This document shows positions 47,246 through 56,818 of a DNA stretch of 64,000 nt, in pieces. The DNA is from Deltaproteobacteria bacterium (GTDB lineage Bacteria > Desulfobacterota > GWC2-55-46 > UBA9637). Position 1 is the stretch's first letter. The number at the start of each line of letters is the position of its first letter. A program made the translations under genes and the position numbers. The stretch lies in contig JAUYHF010000007.1 of the NCBI GenBank assembly GCA_030690165.1, positions 26,722-90,721 of the forward strand, read 5' to 3'. The notes beneath the pieces were generated by a model. The model saw nothing but the letters and a program-made list of their open reading frames with translations. It was not told the DNA's origin and did no database searches.

Positions 47246-47587
47246 ATGAGTATTTCAAAGACAGTTATTGCAGCGCTTTTTTTGGTTTTGCTCGTTACAG
47301 TTCCTGCCATGGCAGATGAAAAGAAAGAGACAAAAAATCCATGTGGCATGATGGGTGGGCACGGCATGATGGGCGGGAAGGGGATGATGGGTGAAGGCAT
47401 GATGGGCGGGATGCATGAAGGCATGATGGGCATGATGAAGGAGATGATGGGGATGATGAAGGAGATGATCCATACCCCAACCGATGCCCAGAAAAAGAGG
47501 CTGGACGAGATGATGATGAAGATGGATGGGATGATGAAGATGCATGACGAGATGATGAAGAAAAAGATGGAAAAGAAGGGGATGTAG
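47246..47587 (+). CDS. secreted Met-rich protein with an N-terminal KNPC motif
   Basis: AAAGGAGG RBS; signal peptide ..VPAMA; DEKKETKNPCGMMGGHGMMGGKGMMGEGMMGGMHEGMMGMMKEMMGMMKEM...MMMKMDGMMKMHDEMMKKKM. Confidence 0.7.
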   Translation: MSISKTVIAALFLVLLVTVPAMADEKKETKNPCGMMGGHGMMGGKGMMGEGMMGGMHEGMMGMMKEMMGMMKEMIHTPTDAQKKRLDEMMMKMDGMMKMHDEMMKKKMEKKGM

Positions 47588-47590
47588 CAT

Positions 47591-47624
47591 TTTGAGGGGG
47601 GCGGCATCCAGACCGCCCCTCAAA
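47591..47624 (+). terminator. GC-rich hairpin after the Met-rich gene
   Basis: TTTGAGGGGGGCGG...CCGCCCCTCAAA (12-13 bp stem, one bulge); no clear T-run. Confidence 0.4.
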
Positions 47625-47751
47625 TATGATTGCGGAACATAAGCTGCGCATAAGAAATTATATATATGCCGGAGGAGATTCTGTGAAGAAAGTGGATGAG
47701 AGATTTGAAAGATAGGATTAAGGGATAATAAATCCATAGGAGGTATGAGCG

Positions 47752-48396
47752 ATGATTGAATTTATCAAACCTGTCAGGTATGGAATTTTAGTCGGCCTTC
47801 TTGGACTTACCTTTGGCGTCGGCTGGGCGTTCTGGCTTGTGCTTGGACATGAGAGTATACATAGGAGCTTTGAAGAAAGTGTTGTTGAAAAAAAAGATAC
47901 GCATAGCCTTATTCAGCTATTAGAACCCGGTAATGCTCAGGCCCACGGGCCAGAGGAAGTAAAACCCCGGCAACAAGATGAACATGCGGATATGATGAAG
48001 GAAGGGGAGCAGATGATGCCAATCTCGGAAGAAGATGAACATCAGCACGGTGAAGATATGCATGATAACCCCATTATGCAACTTGCCCATGAGAGACTCC
48101 GAAGGGGGCATATCCATGGTATGGGGTTGGGTCTTCTTACTATCGCAGTATCTTTCATTCTTGCGTTTACCAGCGCATCTGAGAGGATAAAAACCATAGC
48201 CCCTGTCCTTGCTGGGATTGGCGGGATTCTCTACCCCTTTGCATGGATTGTAATGGGCTACAGGACACCGGGCCTTGGGCCTGACGCAGCAGCGGCATCT
48301 GTGAGAATGATTGCCGGGATAGGAACTGCCCTTGTGCTTCTTGGAATTTTTACAGCAGGGGTTTTTCTTTTAAAAGATATTTTACAGAAAAGATGA
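47752..48396 (+). CDS. 4-TM membrane protein with His/Glu/Met-rich loop
   Basis: TM1, then ..HGPEEVKPRQQDEHADMMKEGEQMMPISEEDEHQHGEDMHDNP..RRGHIHG, then three TMs. No family recognised. Confidence 0.55.
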   Translation: MIEFIKPVRYGILVGLLGLTFGVGWAFWLVLGHESIHRSFEESVVEKKDTHSLIQLLEPGNAQAHGPEEVKPRQQDEHADMMKEGEQMMPISEEDEHQHGEDMHDNPIMQLAHERLRRGHIHGMGLGLLTIAVSFILAFTSASERIKTIAPVLAGIGGILYPFAWIVMGYRTPGLGPDAAAASVRMIAGIGTALVLLGIFTAGVFLLKDILQKR

Positions 48397-48441
48397 TAAG
48401 AGTGAAGCCTATTAAGGAAATAGAGATGACTGGGTCTTACT

Positions 48442-49863
48442 TTAAGAAAACTCCTCTATCTTTATTCCCAGTTCCTTTATCTTCTTTCTCAAGGTATTCC
48501 TGTTTATCCCTAAAAGCTCTGCTGTTTTGACCTGATTGCCGCCGGTCTTTTTTAGGACAAGCCTTATGAGCGGCCTTTCCATGAAAGGGACTATAGTTGC
48601 ATAGAGTTCATGTTTTCCCTTTACATCGATACTGTTTATGAAGCCCTCCAGCCTGTTGTATATGATATCCTCAAGAGATTCCTTATTTTGTTTTTTCTGC
48701 GGAAGAGCAAGGTCGTCATACGACAGCACAGGATTGGGAGAGAGGATAACAGCCCTTCTCAGGATATTTTCAAGTTCCCTCACATTGCCTGGCCATAAAT
48801 ATGCCTTAATCGCTTCCGCTGCCTTTGGCGACAATGTCCTCGGTTCAATCCCCATCTCCTCCTGAAATCTCTGCAAGAAATATTCAGCAAGGAGCAGTAT
48901 ATCCTCTTTCCTGTTTCGGAGAGGCGGCAGCTTTATAACTACGACATTCAGTCTATACAGCAAGTCTTCTCTGAATCTTTTTTCCTCAACAGCCTTTTCA
49001 ATGTCCTGATGTGTTGCCGCTATTATCCGCACATCCACCTTTATCGGCTGCTTGCCTCCAACCCTGTAAAATTCCTGTCCCTGTATCGCCCTCAGGAGTT
49101 TGCTCTGCAGGTCAAGGGGCATGTCGCCAATTTCATCAAGAAACAGTGTTCCATTATTCGCAAGCTCAAACTTCCCCAGTCTTGTCTCTACTGCGCCGGT
49201 AAATGCGCCCTTTTCATAGCCAAAGAGTTCGCTCTCCATCAGTTCCTTTGGTATGGCCGCTGAGTTAACGGCAATAAATGGCCCTTCATTTCTTGGAGAG
49301 TTTGTATGGATGAGTTTTGCAACCAGCTCTTTTCCTGTGCCGCTTTCGCCCTGAATAATAACCGGAACATCCTTTGGAGCAATTTTTCCCACTGTCTTGA
49401 ATACATCCTGGACGGCCTTGCCCTTGCCGACAAATGTTACCTCGCTCGCCCATTTTTCCTTTAGTCTATCCTTAAGGTTTGAGACCTCATCTTTTAATTT
49501 TCTATATTCAAGCGCCCTGTCAACGATTATCTCAAGTTCGCCTACATCAAATGGCTTTGTTATGTAGTCAAATGCGCCGCCTTTCATGGCCTCTATGGCA
49601 TTTTTCATAGTCCCCTGGGCTGTCATTATAATGATTGGAATTTTTAATCCGGCAGTTCTTATCTCTTTTAATACATCCAGGCCGTCTTTCTCAGGCATCC
49701 TTATATCCATTATTGCAACAGAAAAATCCTGTGACTTCAGCATTTCAAGGGCGGTCTTGCCGTCACGCGCCTCTGCTGTGTCTATCTTCTTGTCCTTGAA
49801 CATTTGCTGAAGGACCCACAAGATGCCTTCGTCATCATCTGCTATCAAAACCTTTTTTTTCAT
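48442..49863 (-). CDS. sigma54-dependent response regulator (NtrC family)
   Basis: REC ([13 protein letters not shown]), AAA+ ([29 protein letters not shown]) and Fis-type HTH. ATG 49863 is preferred (GGAG upstream). Confidence 0.92.
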   Translation of the reverse strand: MKKKVLIADDDEGILWVLQQMFKDKKIDTAEARDGKTALEMLKSQDFSVAIMDIRMPEKDGLDVLKEIRTAGLKIPIIIMTAQGTMKNAIEAMKGGAFDYITKPFDVGELEIIVDRALEYRKLKDEVSNLKDRLKEKWASEVTFVGKGKAVQDVFKTVGKIAPKDVPVIIQGESGTGKELVAKLIHTNSPRNEGPFIAVNSAAIPKELMESELFGYEKGAFTGAVETRLGKFELANNGTLFLDEIGDMPLDLQSKLLRAIQGQEFYRVGGKQPIKVDVRIIAATHQDIEKAVEEKRFREDLLYRLNVVVIKLPPLRNRKEDILLLAEYFLQRFQEEMGIEPRTLSPKAAEAIKAYLWPGNVRELENILRRAVILSPNPVLSYDDLALPQKKQNKESLEDIIYNRLEGFINSIDVKGKHELYATIVPFMERPLIRLVLKKTGGNQVKTAELLGINRNTLRKKIKELGIKIEEFS

Positions 49864-49915
49864 TTTTAACTCCAAACTCCGTAAGGGTGTAATGCCTTAC
49901 GCCCCTACATCAAAC

Positions 49916-51001
49916 TCACAACTGCTTTTCCGCTATCGGCAGAAATATTGAAACAACAGTCCCTTTCCCGGGATTACTGTCTATTTTGAAGAAGCCTCCG
50001 TGTTCCTTGATAATCCTGAATGACAAGGCAAGGCCAAGTCCGCTCCCCTTTGCCTTTGTTGTAAAAAACGGCGTGAATATCTTCTCCATGTTTTCCTTTG
50101 ATATGCCGCAGCCGTTGTCTTTTATCTCTACAGAGGCCATTTTAGCAGCCCTGTATCCCTCCTCAACAAGGTGAAAGTCTGTAAGCATTCTGGTATTTAC
50201 CATTATTTCGCCATTTTTATCAACTGCCTCAATGGAATTTTTTATAAGGTTTAAAAATACCTGAATCAGATGTTCTTTATCTCCTAAAACCTGCGGAAGG
50301 CTCGGGTCATAACTTTTTATAAGATGCGCTGCCTTACCCTCTGTCATGGTGTTCCCAAGCAATATAACCGTATCTAAGACTTCGTGGATATTGATAGGCA
50401 GAGGTTTTATCCTTCGAGGATTTGCAAAGTCCAGAACCTCTTCCAGTATTTTATTCAGCCTGTCAACCTCTCTTATAATAATGTCTGTATATTCGGTCAA
50501 CCCCTTTTCCCTAACCTTTCTTGACAAAAGCTGGGCAGCGCCCCGGATGCCGCCGAGCGGATTTTTAACCTCATGAGCAATGCCTGCGGCAAATGTGCCG
50601 AGAAAGGCAAGCCTGTCCTTTCTTACAGATTCCTCCTTAATGGATTTTATGCCTGAAAGGTCTCTTAAAAGCGCGACCGCCCCGATTATTTCTCCATTCG
50701 GGTTAAGCACAGTTGATGTAGTCACGCGCACAGGCGCCATCCCTCCCATTCTCTGACTGATTATATTTTCATGCTCTATAAAGACCTTGCCTTGGTTTAA
50801 GGTTTTTTCCAGCATGTCTGTAAGCCATGTATCTTTTGAAAATATGTCTTTTAACGGCCTCCTGATGGTTAATGCCCTTGACAGTCCTGAAATCCTTTCA
50901 GCGGCCTGATTATAGACAGTAATAAGCCTTTCTGTATCTATCCCTATAACCCCTTCACCAAGGTATTCTATGATATTTTCACAGATATTTGTCTGTTCCA
51001 T
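49916..51001 (-). CDS. PAS-domain sensor histidine kinase (NtrB-like, cytoplasmic)
   Basis: PAS, H-box (AAGIAHEVKNPL), N/G boxes (DNGCGI..FTPFFTTKAKGSGLGL). Confidence 0.9.
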   Translation of the reverse strand: MEQTNICENIIEYLGEGVIGIDTERLITVYNQAAERISGLSRALTIRRPLKDIFSKDTWLTDMLEKTLNQGKVFIEHENIISQRMGGMAPVRVTTSTVLNPNGEIIGAVALLRDLSGIKSIKEESVRKDRLAFLGTFAAGIAHEVKNPLGGIRGAAQLLSRKVREKGLTEYTDIIIREVDRLNKILEEVLDFANPRRIKPLPINIHEVLDTVILLGNTMTEGKAAHLIKSYDPSLPQVLGDKEHLIQVFLNLIKNSIEAVDKNGEIMVNTRMLTDFHLVEEGYRAAKMASVEIKDNGCGISKENMEKIFTPFFTTKAKGSGLGLALSFRIIKEHGGFFKIDSNPGKGTVVSIFLPIAEKQL

Positions 51002-51005
51002 CTTC

Positions 51006-51884
51006 CTACTCCCTACCGTCTACCGCTTTTCTAAATCCCATGCTTGATGTCATCTCTATAAGCGTTCCTCTGACATCGCCGAATAATATTAAATCTTTTG
51101 CTGTAGCTTGAATTGGTATAAGTTCTTTTGTGAATCGCACCTCCAGCTTTCCTGTCTGCGAGCCGAAAAGTTCCTTGTCTATTACTATATCGGCAAGATA
51201 ATCTATTTCCGCATGGTCCGGGTTTATCCTTGCAGCCTTTTCTCCGTCTGTTGCAATCCTCACATATATGGTGGACACATTCTTTTTGGGAAATGTCGGC
51301 ACATTAAATTCCTTACCCGATGCTATCTGACCATAAACACCGAATCTGAAATTATAAAAACCTGTAAGCGGATCGTCGTAATACCCGCGTGTAGGCAGGG
51401 GTTCTTCCGCCCCCTTGTCCTCTTGTCCGCCGCCCCAGCTTTTCCATCTGTAAGTCCTTTTATTGTAATCCACTATGGTGTAGCCCTCCCTTACCTTGTC
51501 TCCTATATGGACAATCTTTTCAACCTTCGTTGTCCTGAGCCTTCTGCCTTCTTCCCATTCTTCAACGTATGTAGTATAGATGTCCTTTCTGTATTTTGTG
51601 ATAAAACCTATAAGTCCCATTGTCTCTGCCTGAAGCGTTATCTTGTAATTCCCCCTGTTCAGCCTGTGTATGCCTATCTTGCCGGTTGCGGCCTTCTTAA
51701 ACCACCAGAAGCCTATATTGTAGGTAAATTCCTCGCCGTCAAAATATTCGCCGATGGTTGGTTGTTTTTTGATAATGTCAGCGCTAACTGAAGTTGCTGA
51801 GCCTGATGGAAGAATATAAACGAAACTAACAAGAAGAAAAAAGGGAACAAGCTTGATAAGAAATGACCTTCTAAATATGTTCAT
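51006..51884 (-). CDS. secreted DUF3108-like protein
   Basis: Signal peptide; EEFTYNIGFWWFKKAATGKIGI... beta-rich pattern. Operonic with the two-component pair. Confidence 0.5.
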   Translation of the reverse strand: MNIFRRSFLIKLVPFFLLVSFVYILPSGSATSVSADIIKKQPTIGEYFDGEEFTYNIGFWWFKKAATGKIGIHRLNRGNYKITLQAETMGLIGFITKYRKDIYTTYVEEWEEGRRLRTTKVEKIVHIGDKVREGYTIVDYNKRTYRWKSWGGGQEDKGAEEPLPTRGYYDDPLTGFYNFRFGVYGQIASGKEFNVPTFPKKNVSTIYVRIATDGEKAARINPDHAEIDYLADIVIDKELFGSQTGKLEVRFTKELIPIQATAKDLILFGDVRGTLIEMTSSMGFRKAVDGRE

Positions 51885-52006
51885 GCAATATCTTTATCAA
51901 AAACAGCATCAAAAGGCAAGAAGACAGGGATAGACAAGACGCAGAAATAAACTTGTATGTTTAATGCGATTTTTGATAGTATCAGAAAATTGAATGAGGG
52001 TAAAAA

Positions 52007-53554
52007 ATGATAGCAAAGGTGTTTAGCGGAGCGGTTTTAGGCATAGATGCGTATATTGTAGAGGTTGAGGTGGATACTGCCTTTGGCCTTCCTGTCTTTT
52101 CCACAGTCGGTTTGCCTGATAATGCTGTTAAAGAGAGCAAGGACAGAGTAAGGGCAGCCTTGAAGAATTCAGGATATGAATTTCCCGCAAAACATATAAC
52201 AGTGAACCTTGCGCCTGCGGATGTGAAAAAGGAGGGGACAACATTTGATCTGCCGGTAAGCATCGGGATTCTGACTGCTGAAGGGATTGTAAAAAAGGAA
52301 AGACTGTCTGATTATATGATCTTAGGCGAGCTCTCTCTGGACGGAAGGGTGAAACCTGTAAAAGGTGTTTTGCCAATGGCTGTTGCCGCAAAGAGGGAGG
52401 GCTTTAAAGGCATAATCCTTCCAAAGGAAAATGCCGAAGAGGCTGCCCTTGTGGATGGCATAGAGGTCCTTGGCATAGAAAATCTTTCACAGCTTGTGGA
52501 GTTTTTAAATGGCAATATTGAAATCCATGCCTGCAGGATAGATATTGAAACATATTTTAAAACTGATGGAGAATCGTACGTTGATTTGAATGAGGTAAAA
52601 GGCCAGGAACATGTAAAAAGGGCAATAGAGATAGCAGCGGCAGGCGGCCACAATCTCCTTATGATAGGACCACCTGGTTCAGGCAAAACCATGCTTGCCA
52701 GGCGCATGCCGACTGTCCTGCCAGACATGACATTGGATGAGGCAATAGAGACAACAAAGATTCACAGTGTCGCAGGGGTTTTGGACGGAAAAAGGGCTTT
52801 AGTAACAGCAAGGCCGTTTAGAAACCCGCATCATACAATCTCAGATGCAGGTTTGATCGGCGGCTCCCGCATCCCTAAGCCCGGCGAGGTTTCCCTTGCC
52901 CATAACGGCATTTTATTTTTGGATGAACTGCCTGAGTTTAAAAAGAATGTGCTTGAGGTGTTAAGGCAGCCCCTTGAGGACGGCAGGGTTACAATATCAA
53001 GGGCAGCCATCTCTCTTACCTATCCATCCGGTTTTATACTGATTGCAGCTATGAACCCGTGTCCCTGCGGCTTTCTCGGAGACCCACATAAGGAATGCCA
53101 TTGCACGTCGATGCAGATTCAAAAATACAGGTCAAAGATTTCAGGGCCGCTCATGGACAGGATTGATATCCACTGCGATGTGCCTGCTGTCAGATTTAAA
53201 GAGCTTTCAAGCGATACAAAGGGCGAGTCCTCAAAAGATATAAAGGCAAGGGTTGATATAGCAAGAAAGATTCAGACAGAGCGGTTTGCAGGCTATCCTA
53301 AACATGAAGGCAGAAGGCTTTATTCCAACAGCCAGATGGCAGGACGTCATATAAAAAAGTTTTGCGGGATAGGTGATGATGGCAAAAGGCTTCTGGAAAT
53401 GGCTGTGGACAAACTTGGCTTGTCAGCGAGGGCATACACCAGGATATTAAAGGTTGCGCGGACAATAGCTGACATGGAGGGCGAGGAGCGGATAAAATCT
53501 CATCATCTTTCAGAGGCGATACAATACAGGAGTTTGGACAGGGGGATGGTGTAA
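52007..53554 (+). CDS. comM: YifB/ComM-family Mg-chelatase-like AAA+ ATPase
   Basis: 515 aa; Lon-like N-domain, GPPGSGKTMLARR, ILFLDELPEF, C-terminal ChlI-type domain. Confidence 0.93.
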   Translation: MIAKVFSGAVLGIDAYIVEVEVDTAFGLPVFSTVGLPDNAVKESKDRVRAALKNSGYEFPAKHITVNLAPADVKKEGTTFDLPVSIGILTAEGIVKKERLSDYMILGELSLDGRVKPVKGVLPMAVAAKREGFKGIILPKENAEEAALVDGIEVLGIENLSQLVEFLNGNIEIHACRIDIETYFKTDGESYVDLNEVKGQEHVKRAIEIAAAGGHNLLMIGPPGSGKTMLARRMPTVLPDMTLDEAIETTKIHSVAGVLDGKRALVTARPFRNPHHTISDAGLIGGSRIPKPGEVSLAHNGILFLDELPEFKKNVLEVLRQPLEDGRVTISRAAISLTYPSGFILIAAMNPCPCGFLGDPHKECHCTSMQIQKYRSKISGPLMDRIDIHCDVPAVRFKELSSDTKGESSKDIKARVDIARKIQTERFAGYPKHEGRRLYSNSQMAGRHIKKFCGIGDDGKRLLEMAVDKLGLSARAYTRILKVARTIADMEGEERIKSHHLSEAIQYRSLDRGMV

Positions 53555-53725
53555 GGAGAACAATTATCAAGCTTTTCAAAAGAAAATTGGAAGAGAGAGA
53601 GGAGCGATTTATTGCAGATTTTAGAATAAAGAGGATAAAGGGATGGAGGAGGTATCCATCAGGAAGGCTATATCGGCAGGGGGTTTTATTTTTTTCGATG
53701 TTTGATAATTATTTTCCCCCTGTCC

Positions 53726-53755
53726 CCTTGCGGCGGGGATTACGTTGCCGCAAGG
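53726..53755. terminator. 9-bp perfect hairpin between convergent comM and the lipoprotein gene
   Basis: CCTTGCGGC-(12 nt)-GCCGCAAGG; no T-run on either side. Confidence 0.3.
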
Positions 53756-53772
53756 CATTGTATATGGGAGCG

Positions 53773-54372
53773 TCATGGCGATGGCCCCTTATCTATGCCC
53801 TGGGTTGGGGCTGCTATCCTCATCCTGTCCATGATTTCGCTGTCATGAAGCAAATCTTTTATCAGATTATGCATAAGAGTCGCGAGCGCGGTATTTGCGC
53901 TCCACTTTGACAGCTCCGACCTCTGGAACTCTTTCGACCACGAACCATCCTCTGAAGAAAGCGTTAACTTCATCCTGCCTTCAACGCCCCAAAGACCACT
54001 TTCCCACCATACATCGCTTACCTTGACATAAATCTTGGCGGGGCTTTCCGCGGAAACCTCCACGCCTCTTTTCGCCAATTCCTCTGCGTAGGCCACAAGA
54101 AAAACATCGGTCCATTGCTTGTAATTCGCGTAGTGTTTATGTTTAATTGGAACGATTATAGGGAAAACAATGACGATGTTCCAGTAGCTTTTGATTAAAT
54201 GACGTTCGTTATCCGTCTGGCCGTTAATGAGTTGAACCGAATGTTTTTCCTCTAACACGCCCACAGTATCCAACCCTATTTCGGCGACTTTGCTGGGCGA
54301 GAAGACATGCGAACACCCGGAAATAAGCATGACGGCCGTTGGCAAAAACACATAGTAAAGGTTTTTTTTCAT
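53773..54372 (-). CDS. hypothetical lipoprotein
   Basis: MKKNLYYVFLPTAVMLISGC lipobox; no family recognised. Confidence 0.6.
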   Translation of the reverse strand: MKKNLYYVFLPTAVMLISGCSHVFSPSKVAEIGLDTVGVLEEKHSVQLINGQTDNERHLIKSYWNIVIVFPIIVPIKHKHYANYKQWTDVFLVAYAEELAKRGVEVSAESPAKIYVKVSDVWWESGLWGVEGRMKLTLSSEDGSWSKEFQRSELSKWSANTALATLMHNLIKDLLHDSEIMDRMRIAAPTQGIDKGPSP

Positions 54373-54459
54373 AAAAAAGCCTCCTTATAAGCTTTTTAAA
54401 ATGGATATTTAATTAAGTTATAACAGAAGACGTGGTATTGTCAACCCCAATTCTCCTGC

Positions 54460-55800
54460 ATGTGGTAGCAAAGTAAAACTGTCAGGGTATAACTGCAACA
54501 AGATAATGTCAGGGTATGGAAAAAGTGAGCCTGACAATGAAAGAATTAAAGAGAGTAGAAGTGATTCAAAAAGCGGTATCAGGAGAGATAACCGTCATGG
54601 AAGCAAAAGAGTTTCTTGGATTGAGTGAAAGGCAAGTTTACCGGTTAAAGTGTTCTTTCAAATTGAAAGGAATGAAAGGGCTTATACATGGTAACAGAGA
54701 CAAAATCTCCCCAAGACGTTTAGACAATGAAATATGTGAAAAGGTTGTGAAACTGGCAAAGGGGGAATATGAAGGGTATAACGATTCCTTTTTTACCGAG
54801 AGATTAGGAGAGGAGGAAGGCATTCAAATAAGCAGGGAAAAGGTAAGACAAATCCTGCGTAAACAGGGCATAGTCCCAAAAAGAAAGAGAAGGCGTCCAA
54901 CGCAGGACAAGAAGAGATAGGAAGCCTCAATCAGGCATGATGCTGCAAACAGATGGAAGCCGGCATGACTGGCTTCAGGGCAGAGGAGAATATCTTACCC
55001 TCATAGGAGCTATCGATGATGCAACCAACGAGGTTCCGTATGCCCTGTTCGCTCCCTACGAGACTACTGAAGGTTATATGAAGATGCTTATTGAAATAGC
55101 GAAAAGGAAGGGCTTGCCTCTTTCTCTTTATGCGGACCGGCACAGCATATTTCAAATAGAGAGGCATACACCTACCATTGCCGAACAGTTAAATGGAAAG
55201 CCTGACAAGACCCAATTAGGCAGGGCATTGGATGAACTGGGAGTGCAACTCATTCCTGCAAACTCTCCTCAGGCCAAGGGTCGCCAAGAGCGTTTGTGGG
55301 GGACTTTTCAGGACAGACTCGTATCTGAACTAAAACGATTCAATGCCAAAACCCAAGATGAGGCAACTGCTGTGCTTTTGAAATTCCTGCCGGATTATAA
55401 CCGCAAGTTTATGGTAGAGCCTGCCGATAAGAAATCGGCATGGAGAAGTATTGACAATATAGACCTGCATAAGTATTTCTGCATGAAATACAACCGTGTT
55501 GTGGGAAATGACAACACCATATCGTTTATGAACGAAAAGATACAGATATGGAGTTCAAAAACAAGATACAGCTTTGCAAAGGCCAAAGTGGATGTGCATC
55601 ATTTAATAGATGGAAAGATTAGAATATTTTATAAGGGAGAATTGATTGCAGAGGAAGAAGGTCTTGCCAGCGCACAGCTAAATAAGAGAGAACGGTTAAG
55701 AAAAAGATCCTGTATAACAAATAAATCTAATGAAAGGATTTCCTTGCAACCCTGACATTTTCATTTTGCTCTTAACCTGACATATTGACTTTGCTGCGAC
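54460..55800 (+). mobile_element. IS1202-group (ISNCY-family) insertion sequence, ~1.34 kb, with imperfect ~30-bp terminal IRs and 16-bp direct target duplication
   Basis: IRL GTGGTAGCAAAGTAAAACTGTCAGGGTA vs the reverse complement of IRR GTCGCAGCAAAGTCAATATGTCAGGTTA. Subterminal ATGTCAGG(G/T)T is repeated twice at each end. Flanked by ACCCCAATTCTCCTGC at 54444-54459 and 55801-55816. Confidence 0.8.
54516..55755 (+). pseudogene. IS1202/ISNCY-type DDE transposase split into two frames (134 aa + 272 aa)
   Basis: ORF1 has an HTH (EAKEFLGLSERQVYRLK..LIHGNR). ORF2 has MLQTDGSRHDWL, AIDDATN, YADRHSIF, SPQAKGRQERLWGTFQDRL. The second frame is open from 54874 (..RRTRRDRKPQSGMMLQTDGS), so a +1 shift occurs around the A-rich tract 54876-54900. 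Confidence 0.8.
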
Positions 55801-55815
55801 ACCCCAATTCTCCTG

Positions 55816-55842
55816 CGGGTTCAGGTTTGCAACCTGAACCCG
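55816..55842. repeat. REP hairpin H1
   Basis: CGGGTTCAGGTT-TGC-AACCTGAACCCG, 12-bp perfect stem. Immediately right of the IS target duplication. Confidence 0.75.
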
Positions 55843-55874
55843 AATAGTTCGTATAAAGCAAACATGAATTATTG

Positions 55875-55899
55875 GGGAGCAGGTTACAAACCTGCTCCC
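55875..55899. repeat. REP hairpin H2
   Basis: GGGAGCAGGTT-ACA-AACCTGCTCCC; same architecture as H1 and H3. Confidence 0.7.
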
Positions 55900-55907
55900 G
55901 CAAATCT

Positions 55908-56411
55908 ATGCCATCAATAAGGATTGCGAAAAAGTGTAATTCGGGTTTTTATTATCTTACTTTCACTATCAGAAACTGGTATTACATATTTGACAGGCAC
56001 AACCGTTTTGAGATACTTGCGAAATCTTTAAAATATTGTCAAAAACACAAAGGTCTTAAATTGTATGCCTATGTATTTATGCTTAATCACATACACCTGA
56101 TTGTATCATCCGATGATATGATCTGTTTTGTCCGGGACTTTAAAAAGTTCACCTCAAAAGAAATTCAGAAGAATATCATTGCGACAGAACCAAATGTTTT
56201 GAGTCTCTTTGATGTCGGGAGCGGCAAGTATGAATTTTGGGAACGGACTAATATGCCGAAGCTAATTGAACAAGAGGAGTATTTATTTCAAAAGGTAATA
56301 TACATTCATTCAAATCCAGTGCGAAAACAGTATGTGAAACGTCCTGAAGACTGGGTATGGTCATCGGCAAATCATGAGAGCATGGTTTTGGTTGAACCGT
56401 TGCCGATATGA
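55908..56411 (+). CDS. REP-associated tyrosine transposase (RAYT; IS200/IS605-like Y1 HUH)
   Basis: HUH motif (MLNHIHLIV) and catalytic-Tyr helix (VIYIHSNPVRKQYV). ATG 55908 is preferred; the listed TTG 55872 would read through hairpin H2. Confidence 0.8.
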   Translation: MPSIRIAKKCNSGFYYLTFTIRNWYYIFDRHNRFEILAKSLKYCQKHKGLKLYAYVFMLNHIHLIVSSDDMICFVRDFKKFTSKEIQKNIIATEPNVLSLFDVGSGKYEFWERTNMPKLIEQEEYLFQKVIYIHSNPVRKQYVKRPEDWVWSSANHESMVLVEPLPI

Positions 56412-56417
56412 AATTTA

Positions 56418-56442
56418 GGGTTCAAGTTGCAAACTTGAACCC
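56418..56442. repeat. REP hairpin H3 (inverted orientation relative to H1, including flank)
   Basis: GGGTTCAAGTT-GCA-AACTTGAACCC followed by GCAGAGGGGT. This mirrors ACCCCAATTCTCCTGC-GGGTTCAGG.. at H1. Confidence 0.75.
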
Positions 56443-56524
56443 GCAGAGGGGTTTAATAGTTTGTTGAAAAAGATTTGAATATAAAGTTCTTATAGTATAG
56501 AATTGAAAGGAAAAGGAGGCGCTC

Positions 56525-56818
56525 ATGCGAGCAACACAAAAAGAGAAAGACATAGTGCATGTCAAACAGTATGTAACCGATGCAAAAGGGCATAAGATGG
56601 CTGCGATTCTTGATATAAAAGAATTAGCAAGAGTCCATGAACTGCTGGAAGACCTTGCAGACCTGAAGGTTATTGAAGAAAGGGTGTATGAACTCGTCAT
56701 CAAAAATTCCGCAAAGAAAGAACTCGATGATATTCCTGCTGCTCAATTCTTAAAGATTGATGCCGCCATTCTGTCATTAAATACATCCCGTTCATTTCCT
56801 TTCAAAACTTCAGAATAA
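56525..56818 (+). pseudogene. decayed type II TA module: antitoxin-like N-half fused to a truncated RelE/ParE-like toxin N-terminus
   Basis: ..KMAAILDIKELARVHELLEDLADLKVIEER (antitoxin-like) runs into YELVIKNSAKKELDDIPAAQFLKIDAAILSL (typical RelE/ParE start) and stops after about 45 toxin residues. Confidence 0.4.

Noticed and set aside
47218-47737. Three minus-strand ORFs (118-160 aa, His/Ser/Pro-rich) opposite the Met-rich gene
   Set aside because: These are mirror-image artefacts of the ATG-rich low-complexity coding sequence. The plus-strand gene has an RBS and a signal peptide; the minus-strand ORFs have neither.
46081-47751. Search for sigma54 (TGGCAC-N5-TTGC) promoters as targets of the adjacent NtrC-type regulator
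   Set aside because: No convincing -24/-12 element was found by eye here or in the other intergenic regions of the window. The regulator's target is probably elsewhere, or my visual scan missed it.
53587-53910. 107-aa plus-strand ORF after comM
   Set aside because: It has no RBS and an Arg/Trp-rich odd composition. It overlaps the 3' end of the convergent lipoprotein gene and the intergenic hairpin.
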